DNA from: the human T2T-CHM13v2.0 reference genome, Homo sapiens
Length of the DNA stretch: 64,000 bases
Assembly: GCF_009914755.1 (NCBI RefSeq)
Contig: NC_060937.1
Strand: one strand, 5' to 3'
This document shows positions 40,976 to 54,305 of the stretch, piece by piece. Under the pieces are notes generated by a model. The model was not told the DNA's origin. It saw only the letters and a list, made by a program, of their open reading frames with translations, and ran no database searches. A program made the translations under genes and the position numbers. Each line of letters opens with the position of its first letter. The stretch's first letter is position 1.

Positions 40976-42617
40976 TTTATGAGAAAAGCAAGTCCTTATA
41001 CAAGTGGTAGAAAATTATGAGAGGAGAGAAAGCAAGTTACCATGTTGAGTGAAATCAGCATGCCTTCGACTACTGGTCCATGTACATTCATTTATTTACA
41101 AGATTTAGCACCTACTATGTTTAGGTTTCCAAGCTGTATGCTGAACACAGTCTCTTGCATTAGGATTTATGACTACAGACTCCTAAAACTACAAATATTG
41201 TAATATACTTGTTTTAACCAATCAAATCAATATTATTTGAGTCATCTTAGAAACGCAAAAATAAACATTTATGGAGTGTCTGTTAAACATTAAGGCATTT
41301 TCTTAAGCTGATACTCCTTGTAGTCTTCTCAACTAAACTTGCAGATTTACTTAGCGTGTTTCTTTTCTCTTTTTCTTTTCAACTAGATTATGGTTCATCT
41401 GACCTGAAAGATCTGAAGGATTCCTCGTTAATTCATTATGTCTTTCCTTCAGGTCATTCCAACCAGGTACGCAGGAAAAGCATCTGTCAGAGTCAGACGG
41501 CTTGTTGCAGGATTGCTACAAACAGACCCTCTCCTAGGAGCTAAATCCAGTGCTTCCCACAAACATCCCAACATGGGTCTGGCCATCGGGCAGTGTTAGA
41601 ATCCAGCCAACCAAACCCACCTTCCCGGGTCAGCAGGCACCAGCCACCTCTAGATCAATTTCGTTCCGTCTGCTTTTAAATAATCGCTGTTCATTTTTGT
41701 TTGTTTTTATATTTGTTTGTTAATATAGATATAATCTTTGCCCCACAAATCAATAATCTAGTTTTATTCCACGAACATTTTATTAAAAACACTCTGCTTT
41801 ATTTTCCACCTAAAAATGAGATACATCAAATGTTTCTTTGTCAATGTAGTACTGAATTGAAAAACAGTGGTATTATAATTACTGGTTACAATTTTAAGAA
41901 AATTTAAGTTGGGTAAATTTTGGAAAGGGCGATTAAAAACATGTCTTCTAGCACAAAAATGAGAAGAAAAACTCTTCTGGGAATATTATACTCTTGTATT
42001 TTTATTTGTACAAAACTGCAGCCGTCAGCGGTAGGAAGCGTTTTGTCCCTCAGTCAGAACCTACTTCTACCCTGAAGCTGGCTGTGCCAATGTATACTCA
42101 CAGGTGACAGGGATCTCACAGTTAGAGTAAACCAAAGGGACTTGTGAGTTCGATTTCACATTATTTCTCATTTGGGCAGTTTTCAGCTTAAAGTGCCGGT
42201 AACACTTTTATTAAGCCATGCAATCTTATCTTTCTTTTTGAAAAAAAATTTTACGAGTAATTTGAGTGAAGGTCCCTTTTAGTAGCACTGACATTCCAAA
42301 TTTTTGTTATTGTTATCTGGCCCATATCCACGTTACTGCGTGTGGTTCTAATCTGCAGTGACTACAGTAAAGTGCATAAACCACGTCACAGAAGCACAGA
42401 AAAGGCTTCAGGTCAGGCCCTGCACGGCAGCTGCAACCGCATTCATACATCAGTGTGTGCTTCTAGAACTCATCTCATTTAATTTGATTAAATCAAATCA
42501 CTCAGAAAATAGAGTGCTTTTTGTAGTTGAGCCACTGACTTGTTTTTTTTTTTTTTTTCTTTCAAAGAGAAGAACACTGTGAGGAAATTCAGAATAGGTA
42601 GAGAGTCATATTAAATT

Positions 42618-42654
42618 CTATCTATCTATCTATCTATCTATCTATATCTATATC

Positions 42655-42698
<44 letters not shown>
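42618..42698. repeat. Compound (CTAT)n-(TA)n-(CA)n microsatellite
   Basis: Direct inspection. Confidence 0.95.
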
Positions 42699-42700
<2 letters not shown>

Positions 42701-44371
42701 TCTCCCACAGCAACAAACATGATTTTTATTTTAACTATATTCCAATGCAATATCTCTTTTCAGAGAAGATATATTTCTGCTTGGAGAAGCAAATAAAACA
42801 ATAATGGCTTAACAATTTGTTCACCTTCTCAAAACCTACAAAAAACAGATGTGGATTTGTATTTTCACTTGATAACTAATACCTCAATCTATACAAATAA
42901 AAACATGGTTTCAGATCAGCTTGGGGGGACAGTACCAATTTCACCATTTTGGTTATACATGAATCATTACCTGGACAAGGACATTTCTCTTTAAGCTATT
43001 AGATTATGTGCACTGTTTTATTTTTTCTGACCCAAAGTTCAATAAAACCTGTATCCATTGTCTATCTTAGAAGAGCTCCAAAAATAGCCTATCATGAACA
43101 TGCCCCCTCTTCTCTGCATTTCATATTATAGCTAGCCAAATGAGCAAAAGTAGACAAGCAAAGGTCAGAAAGAAAGGCATATGAAATACCAGAGAGATCA
43201 CCCATTATTTCTACAAAGCAATGTGAAGAAAGCACTTTGGAGGATGTGAGAATGACATGGATGTGAAATAAGTATACCCCTACATCCAGCTTCCATATTT
43301 GTTCTACACTATACCTAGGAAACACCAATATTGAGCAGTAACGAATAAAGTTTCTAACTGCATTGGTCAGTCAAAGCCTGTGACTCTGATCACATATACC
43401 ACAGACACCATAATAACTATGTGCATGCCTCAGAAATTTTCTAGACCGAAAATACTGTGGAGAACCTGACATTTAAATGTTGACATAAATATATTCCCAC
43501 AATAGAAATGAAATAACTTTTGGATCTCATGATTTTTTTTCCAGTGGTGAAATAAAATCAGATCTTCAAATTCTTTCAGACAAAAGCACTGATATTTAAG
43601 GGCCATGTTATGAAGAGAACCTCCTTTTTGCATTTTAATATTATTATAATTAATAATAATTAAATTTAAGACAACTGTATTAACTGCAAATCTAAGTATT
43701 ATTGTTGCTTCAGAACAATTTATGAAAAAAAGATCATGAAAATTCTGCTGCTCCATAAACACGGATGACAGGTTTACATGGTTTTCCTCATCAGTGAAGT
43801 TGGCATTTCTATACTTTTTACAATTACTTATTCACAGCAGTCTATAAGTTTTGTATTGTAATAGGAGGGTACATACGATTTTTTAAATTTCTCTTTATGC
43901 ACTATCATCTGTACCAAAGATGTATAACACTTCCAATTCATTCACAGTATCACTACGTTGAAAGGATATTGATGTCACATTCGGGCTTAGCAGGAAGTAA
44001 CAACAAGAAAGTCTGGCAACAGATGCCAACCCTAACTCACAACCCTAACTCGCAGAAGATTACCTTTTTATAACCCAAGAGTGCCATTATTACACCCGGA
44101 ACCCTCACCAAATAAGTAGGAAAACTACACTGAGAACAATTCGGCCCAGCTGTCTCTGGCCCATTTCCCTTTCTCCCGCCTCTTGTGCATTCCAGCAATC
44201 TAACTCGATGAATGATCTTCCAGTTGGAAAGATGGGGACTTCACAATGTGCAGACCCAAAGATCTGTCTTCCAAAGGCCAATCACCACTGTATCCTTCGT
44301 TCCTTTAAATGTCGTTGTTTATTTGAATATATTAAGAATAATATCAAGGTAATTATCTATGTATAAAATGT

Positions 44372-44697
44372 ATGTTTAATTTTTTAGGAACCATCATACT
44401 GTTTTCCACAGTGGCTGTACATTTTACATTCCCACCAACAATGCACAAGGGTTCCAATCGCTCCATATCCCTGCCAACACTTGCTATTTTTTGATTCTGG
44501 GACAGCGAACCTAATGGCTGGAAAATGGTATCTCACTGTGGTTTGGATTTGGGTTTCCCTGATGATTAGAAATATTTCACATCTTTTCATGTCTTTTGGC
44601 CATTTGTGTATCTTTGCTGGAGAAATATCTATTCAAGCCCTTTGGCCATGTTTTAATCAATTTCGGGGAGCGGGGGGAGGATTCTTGTTGTTGAGTG
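44372..44697 (-). mobile_element. L1M ORF2 C-terminal fragment
   Basis: ccatcatactgttttccacagtggctgtacattttacattcccaccaaca; ORF 44384-44590 contains the L1 CWQG...HCWWECK motif. Confidence 0.9.
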
Positions 44698-46499
44698 TTT
44701 CCATCCCTCCTCTTTTTCCCTCCAAACACTCTCTCCGTGTGATCTCACCCCTTCCCATATATTTAAGCTCCTTCTGCACCACAGGCCTCCAAAGGGAGGT
44801 CAAAGAATGCGATGTGCCACTGACGCATGTGTGTGTGCAGAGATGTCTTCCTTTGCCTTTTGTATTAAACTATGAATGGAATTAAGACTTACTCATATTT
44901 AATATGTGGATTAAAATGGTACCTTCACCCCATCCTTATCTCAGATAATCCCATGTCCTACATGAAAAATGAAAGTCCTGGGGGAAATAGGATGTTCCGC
45001 AAAGAGCATGGGCTGACAGTGCTGACCTCACTCTGGCTGTGCGGATTAAAGGAGCTCCTTATAACCAGAGTTGTAAAAGATTCCTGCAAAGAAACTGGGA
45101 CTGAAGAGTGTCCTCAAAATAGAAACACATAAATCAAGAAGAAATCGCAATGCTGACACTTTTCCTACTCTGAATAAGAAATTTTCATTATCCACATTTC
45201 AAGGTAAAAACCAAGATAGTTCATCCAGACCTGAAAAACAGACAGTTTAAAAATTCAAATGATCAAGAAGACGATTTGACCTCTGGATTACATTGACTAT
45301 TGCTAACCATAAACTTTACCGTACATGTATACTGTGCCTTGAGAAACTAAAGAAATCAATAAGATTAAAACTCTTAAAAAGTAAGCCTCGGCACTTAATA
45401 AGATTGGCAATTATTCATAACTTAAAGAAATAATATATTAAAATATAGCAGCATTGTATAATAATTTGCAGAGATGGAATGTAGTCATGGCAACATCTTG
45501 GGCCCTGCAGAGTTTCGCTGGTTTGGCTTAGGTCAAAGTACAAATAAATTATTTTTCTTAAAAAAAGAAAAAAAAAGACATGTTCTAAAATTACTGAGTA
45601 GTGCTGTGATTCAATAGAAAAAAGAGTAAAAAATCTGGAACCAAGCTTGAAATGTAAACATACTCAACGGCACTTCTGAGAAAGGTGATTATATAATGAT
45701 GAGGTAGAAATGACAGTAACTGATTTCAGGGAAGACATTTAAGCTTTGGAAAGAGCATTTTGTAACAAGATGTTTGCGCGTATTTGCAGCCCCTGGGATT
45801 TTGTTGTTGAAAACAATGTATGCCACCTCTCATCTCTGCCCAGACAGAGAACTTTCTAACATATTTCAAAATATTCCAGAGTTTAGCTTCGGTTTAAATT
45901 CATTTGATAATAATGCAAAAATTCAACATTCTTTTAGTTTGTAAAGACAGTTAATTTTAAGGAAGATGGGAATTCAAAAATCGCATTTCAATTGTTTGAG
46001 GAAAAAAATTTTTCATAATTTGTGGACATCATTAAAATAAAGTCTAATGATTTCATGAAGTCCATATTGTCCTTCCATTTAGAACTACACATTTTGTGAT
46101 TATCTTTTAAACTATTATATCTGGTACTGAAACCAAAACTATGACATGAACTGAACCTACAAGTAAATTTTCCAAGCACTTTATCCTAAATATTAAACTA
46201 AGATTTTAGAAATAATGATGGATATTCAATCCTATTATTCTACCTTCAAGCTGATAATTAACATGTTATCATTAATATAATATTTATTATATTTAATCCA
46301 TTCTATTTAAGTAAAAAAGATATTATATATCATTCATAGGCAAAAATGTTTTAAAATATTGCTTACTTCAGCTTTATCTCATCTTATGTAAATATTTTGT
46401 ATATATACTGAATGTGCATAAATATATACATGCACATTAGTGCTAATGTATTTATATATACATAATATAGCAATAAAATATTCATATTTGGGGTATATA

Positions 46500-47345
46500 A
46501 TGAAGATTTGCTAACCCCAGTTGGATCCCACAAGCACCTCAAATCTAATATGTACAAAACTGAACTCCACACCATCACCCTTCAAAAACTTGTTTGTCTG
46601 CCTCTCCCGTCTTACGAAATGATACCACCTGCTGCTCACTTGCCTACATTGGAAGGGTCAGGGTCCTTCGCAACTCCTCGTTCTTCCTTTCATTAACATC
46701 CATAGAGTCCTGTCCATTGTGGCAGCCAGAAGCCTTTGTCCTCTTCCTTCAACCCTTACAGGCCCCATCTGGTGTGGCTTCTGCTCTCCTCTGTCTCGCT
46801 AATTACAAGAATCTCCTAAGTGACCTTCCTTCCTACAGTGCTGCTGTCTCCTGACCCCCAGTTCAAGCCGCAGAAGACTGATCTTTCAAAAACAACAAAT
46901 CATAGGCTGCATCTTCTTAAGAGCACTCAGTAGTTTCCCAATGCCCTTGGATACACTCCAATCTCTTCTTCTTCAGCAGCACAGCGCCTGCTGGCATCTG
47001 TAGCCTCCCCTCCCTCACACTCTACCATGGAGCTAGTCAGCACTTTTTCCATTCTTCCTGTGGCCCCTGGCCTCTCTGGTGCTCCACGCACATGCCCCAT
47101 CTCCTAGCTAATGGTACCCGCCCTGCAGTTTTCTGTGCAGAGGGCCCTCGCTAAGTGAAGCCCTCTCAGATGGTCCCTGCGCCTCCTTTAACATACCACT
47201 TTGAACATACGAAGACACGTCTGATGAATAATTTGAACTGCTTCCGGAACAAGAACAAGGTCTACATTGCTCACCAGGGTAGACTTGGTGACTTGCACAG
47301 TGTCTTACCTATACCACACCTTTCCTTAATTGATATGTATTGAAT
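46500..47345 (+). mobile_element. L2 3' region
   Basis: cacctcaaatctaatatgtacaaaactgaactcc is near-consensus L2; collinear downstream motifs. Confidence 0.75.
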
Positions 47346-47999
47346 ACACATATGAATACTACTGGTATGATTTTACACTCGGTTCAAAATAAGCTCTCTG
47401 TTGTCCAATGTGCATTCATGGGATGAAAGTCACCTCCTCTTTTCTTTCTCCATCTATAGGATTATTTTTGGAAAACTATTCCTGCTAGCTGTCTTACACT
47501 GTTACTTCTAGCTCTTAAAACAGATCTTCTACATTCAAATCTCCCTATCATGAAGTACCAAATATATTTACTTTCTTGGGTGCCATGTTTAAATGTATTT
47601 TTTACTCATGTTCAATGATCATCATCCCCCTTCTCAATCCTTTCCATTACAAAGGTGTCAAAAACAAGATACTTGACATACGAAAGCAATGGGGAAACAG
47701 ATTAAATCATGAGTCAAAAACTTCTCAACCAATTAGTTAAAATGTTGAAAGAAAGGACAAGCTTTCTGACCACCTGTTACCTAAGGCCATGATAATGCTT
47801 CTCATGTAAAGGTATTATTCCATAACATCCTTTTACTTTTTTTCTAATAATAGTATTTTAATTTCCAGTATTTTGCATATTATCTTAATTATATTAAAGT
47901 ATCTTAAAGCTGTTTTTTTTAATTTTTAATAATGCCATTCACTAATATATAAATTTGTAAAACTATGGAAACTTTGAGGAAGAAATTTCAAACTTAATA

Positions 48000-48337
48000 T
48001 GGTTGGCCCTCCATATCTACAGGTTCTGTACCCATGGATTCAACTGAGGATCGAAAATATAAAAATAATAATGATAGTAATCATAATAATAAATAACAAT
48101 ATGACAATAAGAATTAAACACCAATTTTAAAAATACAGCCTAATTACTAGTTATGTAGCATTTGCTTTGTATTCGGTATTATGAGTAATCTAGAGATGAT
48201 TTAATGTACATGGGAGAACATGCATAGGTTAGATGCAAATACTATGCCATGTTAAATATGGGATGTGAGCATCTAAAGATTTTGGTGTCCATGGGGATCC
48301 TGGAACCCAATCCCTCTCAAATACCAAGGGACAACTG
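48000..48337. mobile_element. MER2/MER2B (TcMar-Tigger MITE)
   Basis: gttggccctccatatc...gtaatctagagatgattta...ataccaagggacaactg termini. Confidence 0.88.
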
Positions 48338-49789
48338 TGGTCAATTAGACCACTTAGGACAACTGTGGTCAATTAGACCACTTCTGCATTACATTTGAGC
48401 CAGAGAGCAAGAGACTGAATTTTTAACGTTTTTTATAACTGCACAGCTCTTACCATCAATGTCAAGAGTATGGGGAAAAAATGAATGAATCATGCCTTTA
48501 TTTATCAGCCAAGCTGTGAGAGAGTAGTCATCAGAGTACTGGTCCAACAAGGTTGGCAATTAATGATGCAATAAAGGGTAAACAATTAACTAGTGTAATT
48601 AAAAAGATTCTGAATCTCATGTCTAAATGTTACCCCAGACAGCTGGATCATTTGCCTGGAGAAAAATTTACTGTGATTTTTTTACAAGAAAAAATAGACT
48701 CAATTTTCATTTTCATATTCCCTGTTTAGATGATAAAGAACATTCTCCAGAAAATATACATTAAGATATTTCAACTCTGCTAAGGTATGGTATGCAATTT
48801 AATTTTGAATATTCTGTCAAAACATTGTTCATCTGTAGCATTGCTTTCCTAACTGTGGGACGATAATTTCCTGTGTAACAAATTCCTCAGAAAGGTTCCT
48901 AAGGAAACGAGGCAAGAACACCAAACTAATTCCAGGTTTAACATGACAGCAAATGGCACAGAGGAGGGAAGGGAAAGCTCACTCACGGGAGACACGTCAT
49001 AAATGACAGCCTCTAAAGACTGACTGTGGAATAAGGCAGCTGTCACATATACACTAGCATTAATACTTGCCTTTCTCTTCTGTTTCATCCTTTTGAGAAA
49101 ATATGCAATCACGTATTGTCCATGATGTTCTAATATAGGGTTAGTTATATTTTTCTTTTGATGTAGCACGATATTTATTTACAAGATGGTTGTAAGGATA
49201 TAGTGTCTTCAGGGTTAAAAACAGAGGTACCAGGAGCCTAGAAGAGCATGGATTCACACATAAACTGGAACAACAGATTTTTCCTTTCTTTCCTTAGATA
49301 CCAGAAGATTAAAAAGCCTTACAATGTGTGTACTGTCCTCCATATCTCCCCTTCCCCAAATGGTGGAAGGATCGATTTGCCTCTCTCTTGGCTCCTAACT
49401 CTCACAGACAAGGCTCTTACAAGACAGCATGACTTACCTTCACTAATAAAAGAGCCATCAGTCTACCAGCCACTCCTCTGAAAGCAGGAGGAATAAACCT
49501 CCTTTTAGGGACTGCCCCTTTCCTCAGCTGGTCCTGTCCTGAGAATGAGGAAGTGAGGGCTTTTGTCACTTGAGGCTTTTTTGTCACCTATTATGAGGCA
49601 ATAGAAAATACAAAACTACACAGTTAGGTATTCAAGTGAGCTTAGGGGCAGGCACAAGACCCACACACACACACCGGTGACTCAGGGCTTAGTTAGTTAA
49701 TAACCACATTTCTGAAGTATATTAATAATAATATTCAAGCAATAGTGACAGGAAATGTGTGAAGTGACAATATTAACTCAAAGAGCTAG

Positions 49790-49935
49790 CATCCCTGAGG
49801 CTTACTCTGTGCCAGGCTGGGGGTTTCACATTCTTATTTTACTCATCACAGAAACCCTCTGGAACATGCACTCTGTGGTTACCATCTTATAGATGAGGAT
49901 CGGGGTGAGAGAAGATTAATACATTCCCCACAGTC
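49790..49935 (-). mobile_element. MIR
   Basis: gcttactctgtgccagg...ccatcttatagatgagga. Confidence 0.7.
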
Positions 49936-50012
49936 TAGATCATCAGGAGAACCAACAAATCTTGGGCAAGGACCCAGGAAGCAGAAGCAGAAGCAGCACA
50001 GAGCCGGTCTGC

Positions 50013-50328
50013 TTTTTTGTAGTTGTTGTTTTTGTTTTTTTCTTTTTGAGACAGGGTCTTGCTCTGTTGCCCACATTGGAGTGCAATGATGCGATCATAC
50101 CTCAATGCAACCTCTGCCTCCTGACTCAAGCGATCCTCCCACCTCAGCCTCCTGAGTAGCTGAGACTACAGGTGCACATCACCATGCTCGACTAATTTTT
50201 GTAATTTTTGTAGAGATGGGGTTTCATCATGTTTCCCAGGCTGATCTCAAACTCCTGGACTCAAGCAATCTGCCCCCCTTGGCATCCTAAAGTTCTGAGA
50301 TTACAGGTATGAGCCACCATGCCTGGCC
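50013..50328 (-). mobile_element. AluJ
   Basis: gagacagggtcttgctctg, ctcaagcgatcctccc, ctcctggactcaagc diagnostics. Confidence 0.93.
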
Positions 50329-51081
50329 TAGTCTGACTTTAAACATAATACACAGGTGATTTTATATAAGTTTTAGGAAGCACTTTGCTTTCAAAGCTGT
50401 CTTAAATAATTTTTGTGTTTGATACAAAAGGCACTTAGGAGAGAATAGTAAGCCTTGAAATTAAGATCGTTAAACATTAACATTCTGTAGGTATTATTTT
50501 GCTAAATATTTCAATATCATTAAAAATGAGGAATTTCTCACTGAAAAAAATGGATTAGCCCTTCTGCTCATGAGATGGGATTTTTTTAATTTTATAAAAA
50601 AATAAAATTTAATTAGGAAAATGGAAATATTTTGTAACACAAGGAAGAAAAGCAGAATCCAATAATATTCTGAGTTAAGTATTATTGTGTATATGAAGGG
50701 TACTTAACAGTATTTTTCTAGCTATGAAAGTCCTCGCCTGATTTCAAAATATCCTTTAAAATATTCACTAGCCAAGTGACCTCAGGTGAGTCTCTCTAAT
50801 TTGTTGCTGAGATAATTTAAGTGAAAATCTTTGGAAATGGCGAAGCTCTTTATGAATGTCACTAACATTAGGTGATGTTATTCACAGCCCTTATAAGCCC
50901 ATCAATCTCAACTTAGCATTTACGTGACGAACAATGGGAGGCAGATAGGATGACACTAACGGGAAGAATTCTCCCCAGTTCAAGTTCTGATTTACTGAAT
51001 GGAAAATATATCTGGGCAAGGACAACTCTTAATCACAGTAAAGGGCCTTTTCTTGCTTTAGAATGAAAAGAACATAGTCCT

Positions 51082-52656
51082 TTTCTGCTACGATCTCTTT
51101 AATCCATGATAGAGCTTGGATGCATGTTCATACGGGCATGCTTTCCACCAGCTACCGGTTACATGCAACAAAATTTGAAATGTCTCAGAAATGTGTCCCC
51201 TAGCCCCCTTTAAACAGGAAGAGCAAACTGATTTACAAATGCAGGATGCTCTATACAGTGTAACCAATTACAGGAAAAAGAAAATATTGTAGTTGAAAAG
51301 GAAAAATAAAAACATTCAATTTCATTTTAATGTATTGTTAAGGAAAAGGAATGCATAGCAGTGCATCTCAGATGTTATTATGCTTGGGCATCCCCTCCAG
51401 AGCCTACTGAACCATAGATTCTGATTCATGGGATGGCGTTGGGTCTCAGAGTGAAAAAGACAATTCCATTTCTTGACATCAGTGGTCCTTTTCATTCATA
51501 CCACCTCCCACTATCAGATGAACTGCTAGAATTTTCCTTACGCATCTACCTGTTACATGGATTTGGGGTGAGTTCTGTAAGTACAGAGGACATAATGCAC
51601 AATGGTCCTGAAAAGAGAGGGGAGATGCTGAGAACACAGGGAAATATCAAAGCTTGAGTGACACAAATAACCTGAAATCATCTGGGGAGGGTTTTGGGAC
51701 CCCGGATGCCCCACCAGCTGCGCAGACTCCCGGGAGTCAGCGTGACATCTGCTTTCTCTCCTCCCCTGCAGCACTTCACAGAGCCACCCGGGTGTGAGAA
51801 AAGACATTTGACGAGGATGATGAATGAAAATGATACTTTACCAGTTCTTTCTGCAAAAAAGCCTGAAATACTCTAAGATCATTTGATGGAGGTTTCCCTG
51901 TGAGAAAGCAATCATAACTGACTTACAAGGGATCCTCCATCAATACAGTATACAGATTAAAAAAAAACACGGTAAAAAAACTCATCATAGAACCATAAGG
52001 CTTCAGAAATGCACTATGGTTTTATATTTTTCTTAATTAGGTGCTCGAAATGTGAGTAAAAGCGACTACGACTTCTGTTCAGACTGAACTTCCAAATGCT
52101 GGAAGCACGGTAAACTCGGCACAAGAAGTACTTGTGAAGGAATGGGCTTCTAAAGAGCCTGCCATGGACCCTTTCCACATCTACTAAGAAGTTTTGGCAT
52201 TATACCATAGGCCCTCTGAATGTAGCCAGAAACAAACAAACAAACAAAAAGCCAGCATCATCGGCACCTGGGGGATTGTCAGAAAAGCACCCTCAGACCC
52301 AACTCCATCCTATGAATCAGAGTCTACAGTTCAGCAGGGTCCCAAGGGGATGCTCAAAAACAATAACATCTGAAATGCACCGCTATGCATTCCTTTTCCT
52401 TAAGAATAAATTAAAATCAAATTGAGTGTTTTGATTTTTCCTTTTCAGTTGCAGTATTCTTTTTCCTGTAATCGCTTACACTATATAAAGCACCATGCAT
52501 TTGGAAATCAGTTTGCTTTACCTACTTAAAGGAGACTGGAGATCACATTTTAAGGCATTTCAAATTGTGTCGTACGTAACAGGTAACTGGCAGGAGGCAT
52601 GCGTGTATGAACATGCATCCAGGCTATATCAGAGATTAAAGAGATCTTAGCAGAAA
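51082..52656. repeat. ~370-bp inverted duplication (arms 51082-51453 and 52288-52656)
   Basis: Manual alignment about 80% identity (94/114 in the first segment), collinear over the whole arm. Confidence 0.93.
52208..52382. mobile_element. MER5A1-like MITE (partly copied to 51359-51453)
   Basis: cagcatcatcggcacctggg...ctcagacccaactcc...tgaatcagagtctaca. Confidence 0.7.
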
Positions 52657-53514
52657 CAATGGTGATAGCAAGAGTTGAAAAGTGCTTTAGAGATCTGTTT
52701 TATTCAAGCTATCATTTAAATTCATGCCAAACACACCTCCACCCTAGTCTTTCCCTCCAGTGATCTCACTTGGTTTAAAAAAAATACATGCTGTTGGAGG
52801 TTCCAGTTACTCCCTGAGCAGGTGGGAGGATGGCGCAGAGCTCTTCAATCACTCATCTGCAGAGTTCGGGGATGTTTTGAGTATGAAAGTCATTATACGA
52901 CAACAAATCCTCTTCTATCACATTTCACTTGTGAGTAATTATTGTGTTCTAGCAAGTGGAGGATTAACAGTTCTTCTTCACAGTAAGAGAGAGCACAGCA
53001 GGTGCTTCCCCCTCACCTGCAGGGGCCTCTCTTTGGTTGCAAAATTCTGCCTGTGTTTGAGTCCATATCTTGCCCTCTCAGACAGTGAGGATACATGGTG
53101 ACCTCCTCCACCCTGAATTAAACTAATAATTTCTATCTTCCTAGAAAAAAATATATTTGCTATGTAACAAGACTAGGGGTAAGGGGCTGACATTTAGTTG
53201 GCCTACCGAGTTTAGTGCTTAGTTTAATTCTAATGAATGCCATGCAGATGAAGCCATCTTCCTGCTCCTATTCCAGTCACATCATGTAAAATCGTAGGTG
53301 TTATTTAAGCAGTGTCCTAACATCTTCACTTTATCCTTCTTCCAGTCCATCTTTCAGACTCCAATCTTTTATCACCTACCTAAAATCCCAGTTTCCTCAT
53401 CTAGTATGCTTCTGCTTCCAATTTAAATCACTTATTATTTTATATACAGATAAAGTCTAAGCTCTATAGCTTATCATGAGAGGATCTCCTTTATAAGAAA
53501 TGCTAGTTATTTCA

Positions 53515-53700
53515 TATTGTTTGCTGTTGCCAGGCATTGTACAAGCACATTCCATACATTAATGCAATCCACTGTCTGATATAAGTTCAATTATTCCCCA
53601 CCTGTGAGGAAATTAAAGGAGAGAAAGTTCAAGAAACTTGCCCGATGACACACAGTGAGAAAGCAGCAGAGTATGACCCCAATCCTGGGTTTAGAGTGGG
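53515..53700 (-). mobile_element. MIR
   Basis: gccaggcattgtacaagcac...gaggaaattaaaggagagaaagttcaagaaacttgccc. Confidence 0.7.
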
Positions 53701-54305
53701 GAAAATGTGGTCCTGCATAAGAAAAAAAAAACTCTTAAGTATTATTTAATTTTTAAATAAAGAGATATTTTTGACCCATAAAACATTTGGGAGACAAGGA
53801 ATAAAGTGGAAAAAGTAAATTAAAATAGTGAAATACCACTTTTTATGTCTTGTATGGAACTTAGACTACTCTGTGAATAATTTCAACTGGTGAAATAGCA
53901 TAGTCTACAATATTCAGTTTGCACTTAAACTTGTATCTCCTTCCCTTTAATATATAAAAACAAGTCACAAACACAAATATTCTACAAATGCATATATACC
54001 ATGGACTTGCAATGCTCTTATGTAGACAAAGGGAGATCTACAAGTTGATCCTATACATACCCTAAGATCTAAATATAAAAGAAACTAAAAGAAGTCAACA
54101 CAGTTGATAAAACCCTTTAGCAATGCCACTGCGATATGTATTTCCAGTCATTTCTTCACGCATTCAATCACTCATTCTTTAGTCAGTTAAATGCAGTCGG
54201 CTGTGTACCTAACTCTATACATGCAACTATACGAATAGGAAAGAAACAGAGGATTGAGTCTTTGGGACTGGAAACTGCAGAAGGATTGTGATCTATTTGA
54301 AGAGT

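Noticed and set aside
41393-41464. Possible pre-miRNA hairpin
   Set aside because: Only about 9-12 contiguous pairs with a large loop; no known mature miRNA recognised
44027-44052. AACCCTAAC x2, telomere-like
   Set aside because: A 13-bp tandem duplication, not a (TTAGGG)n array
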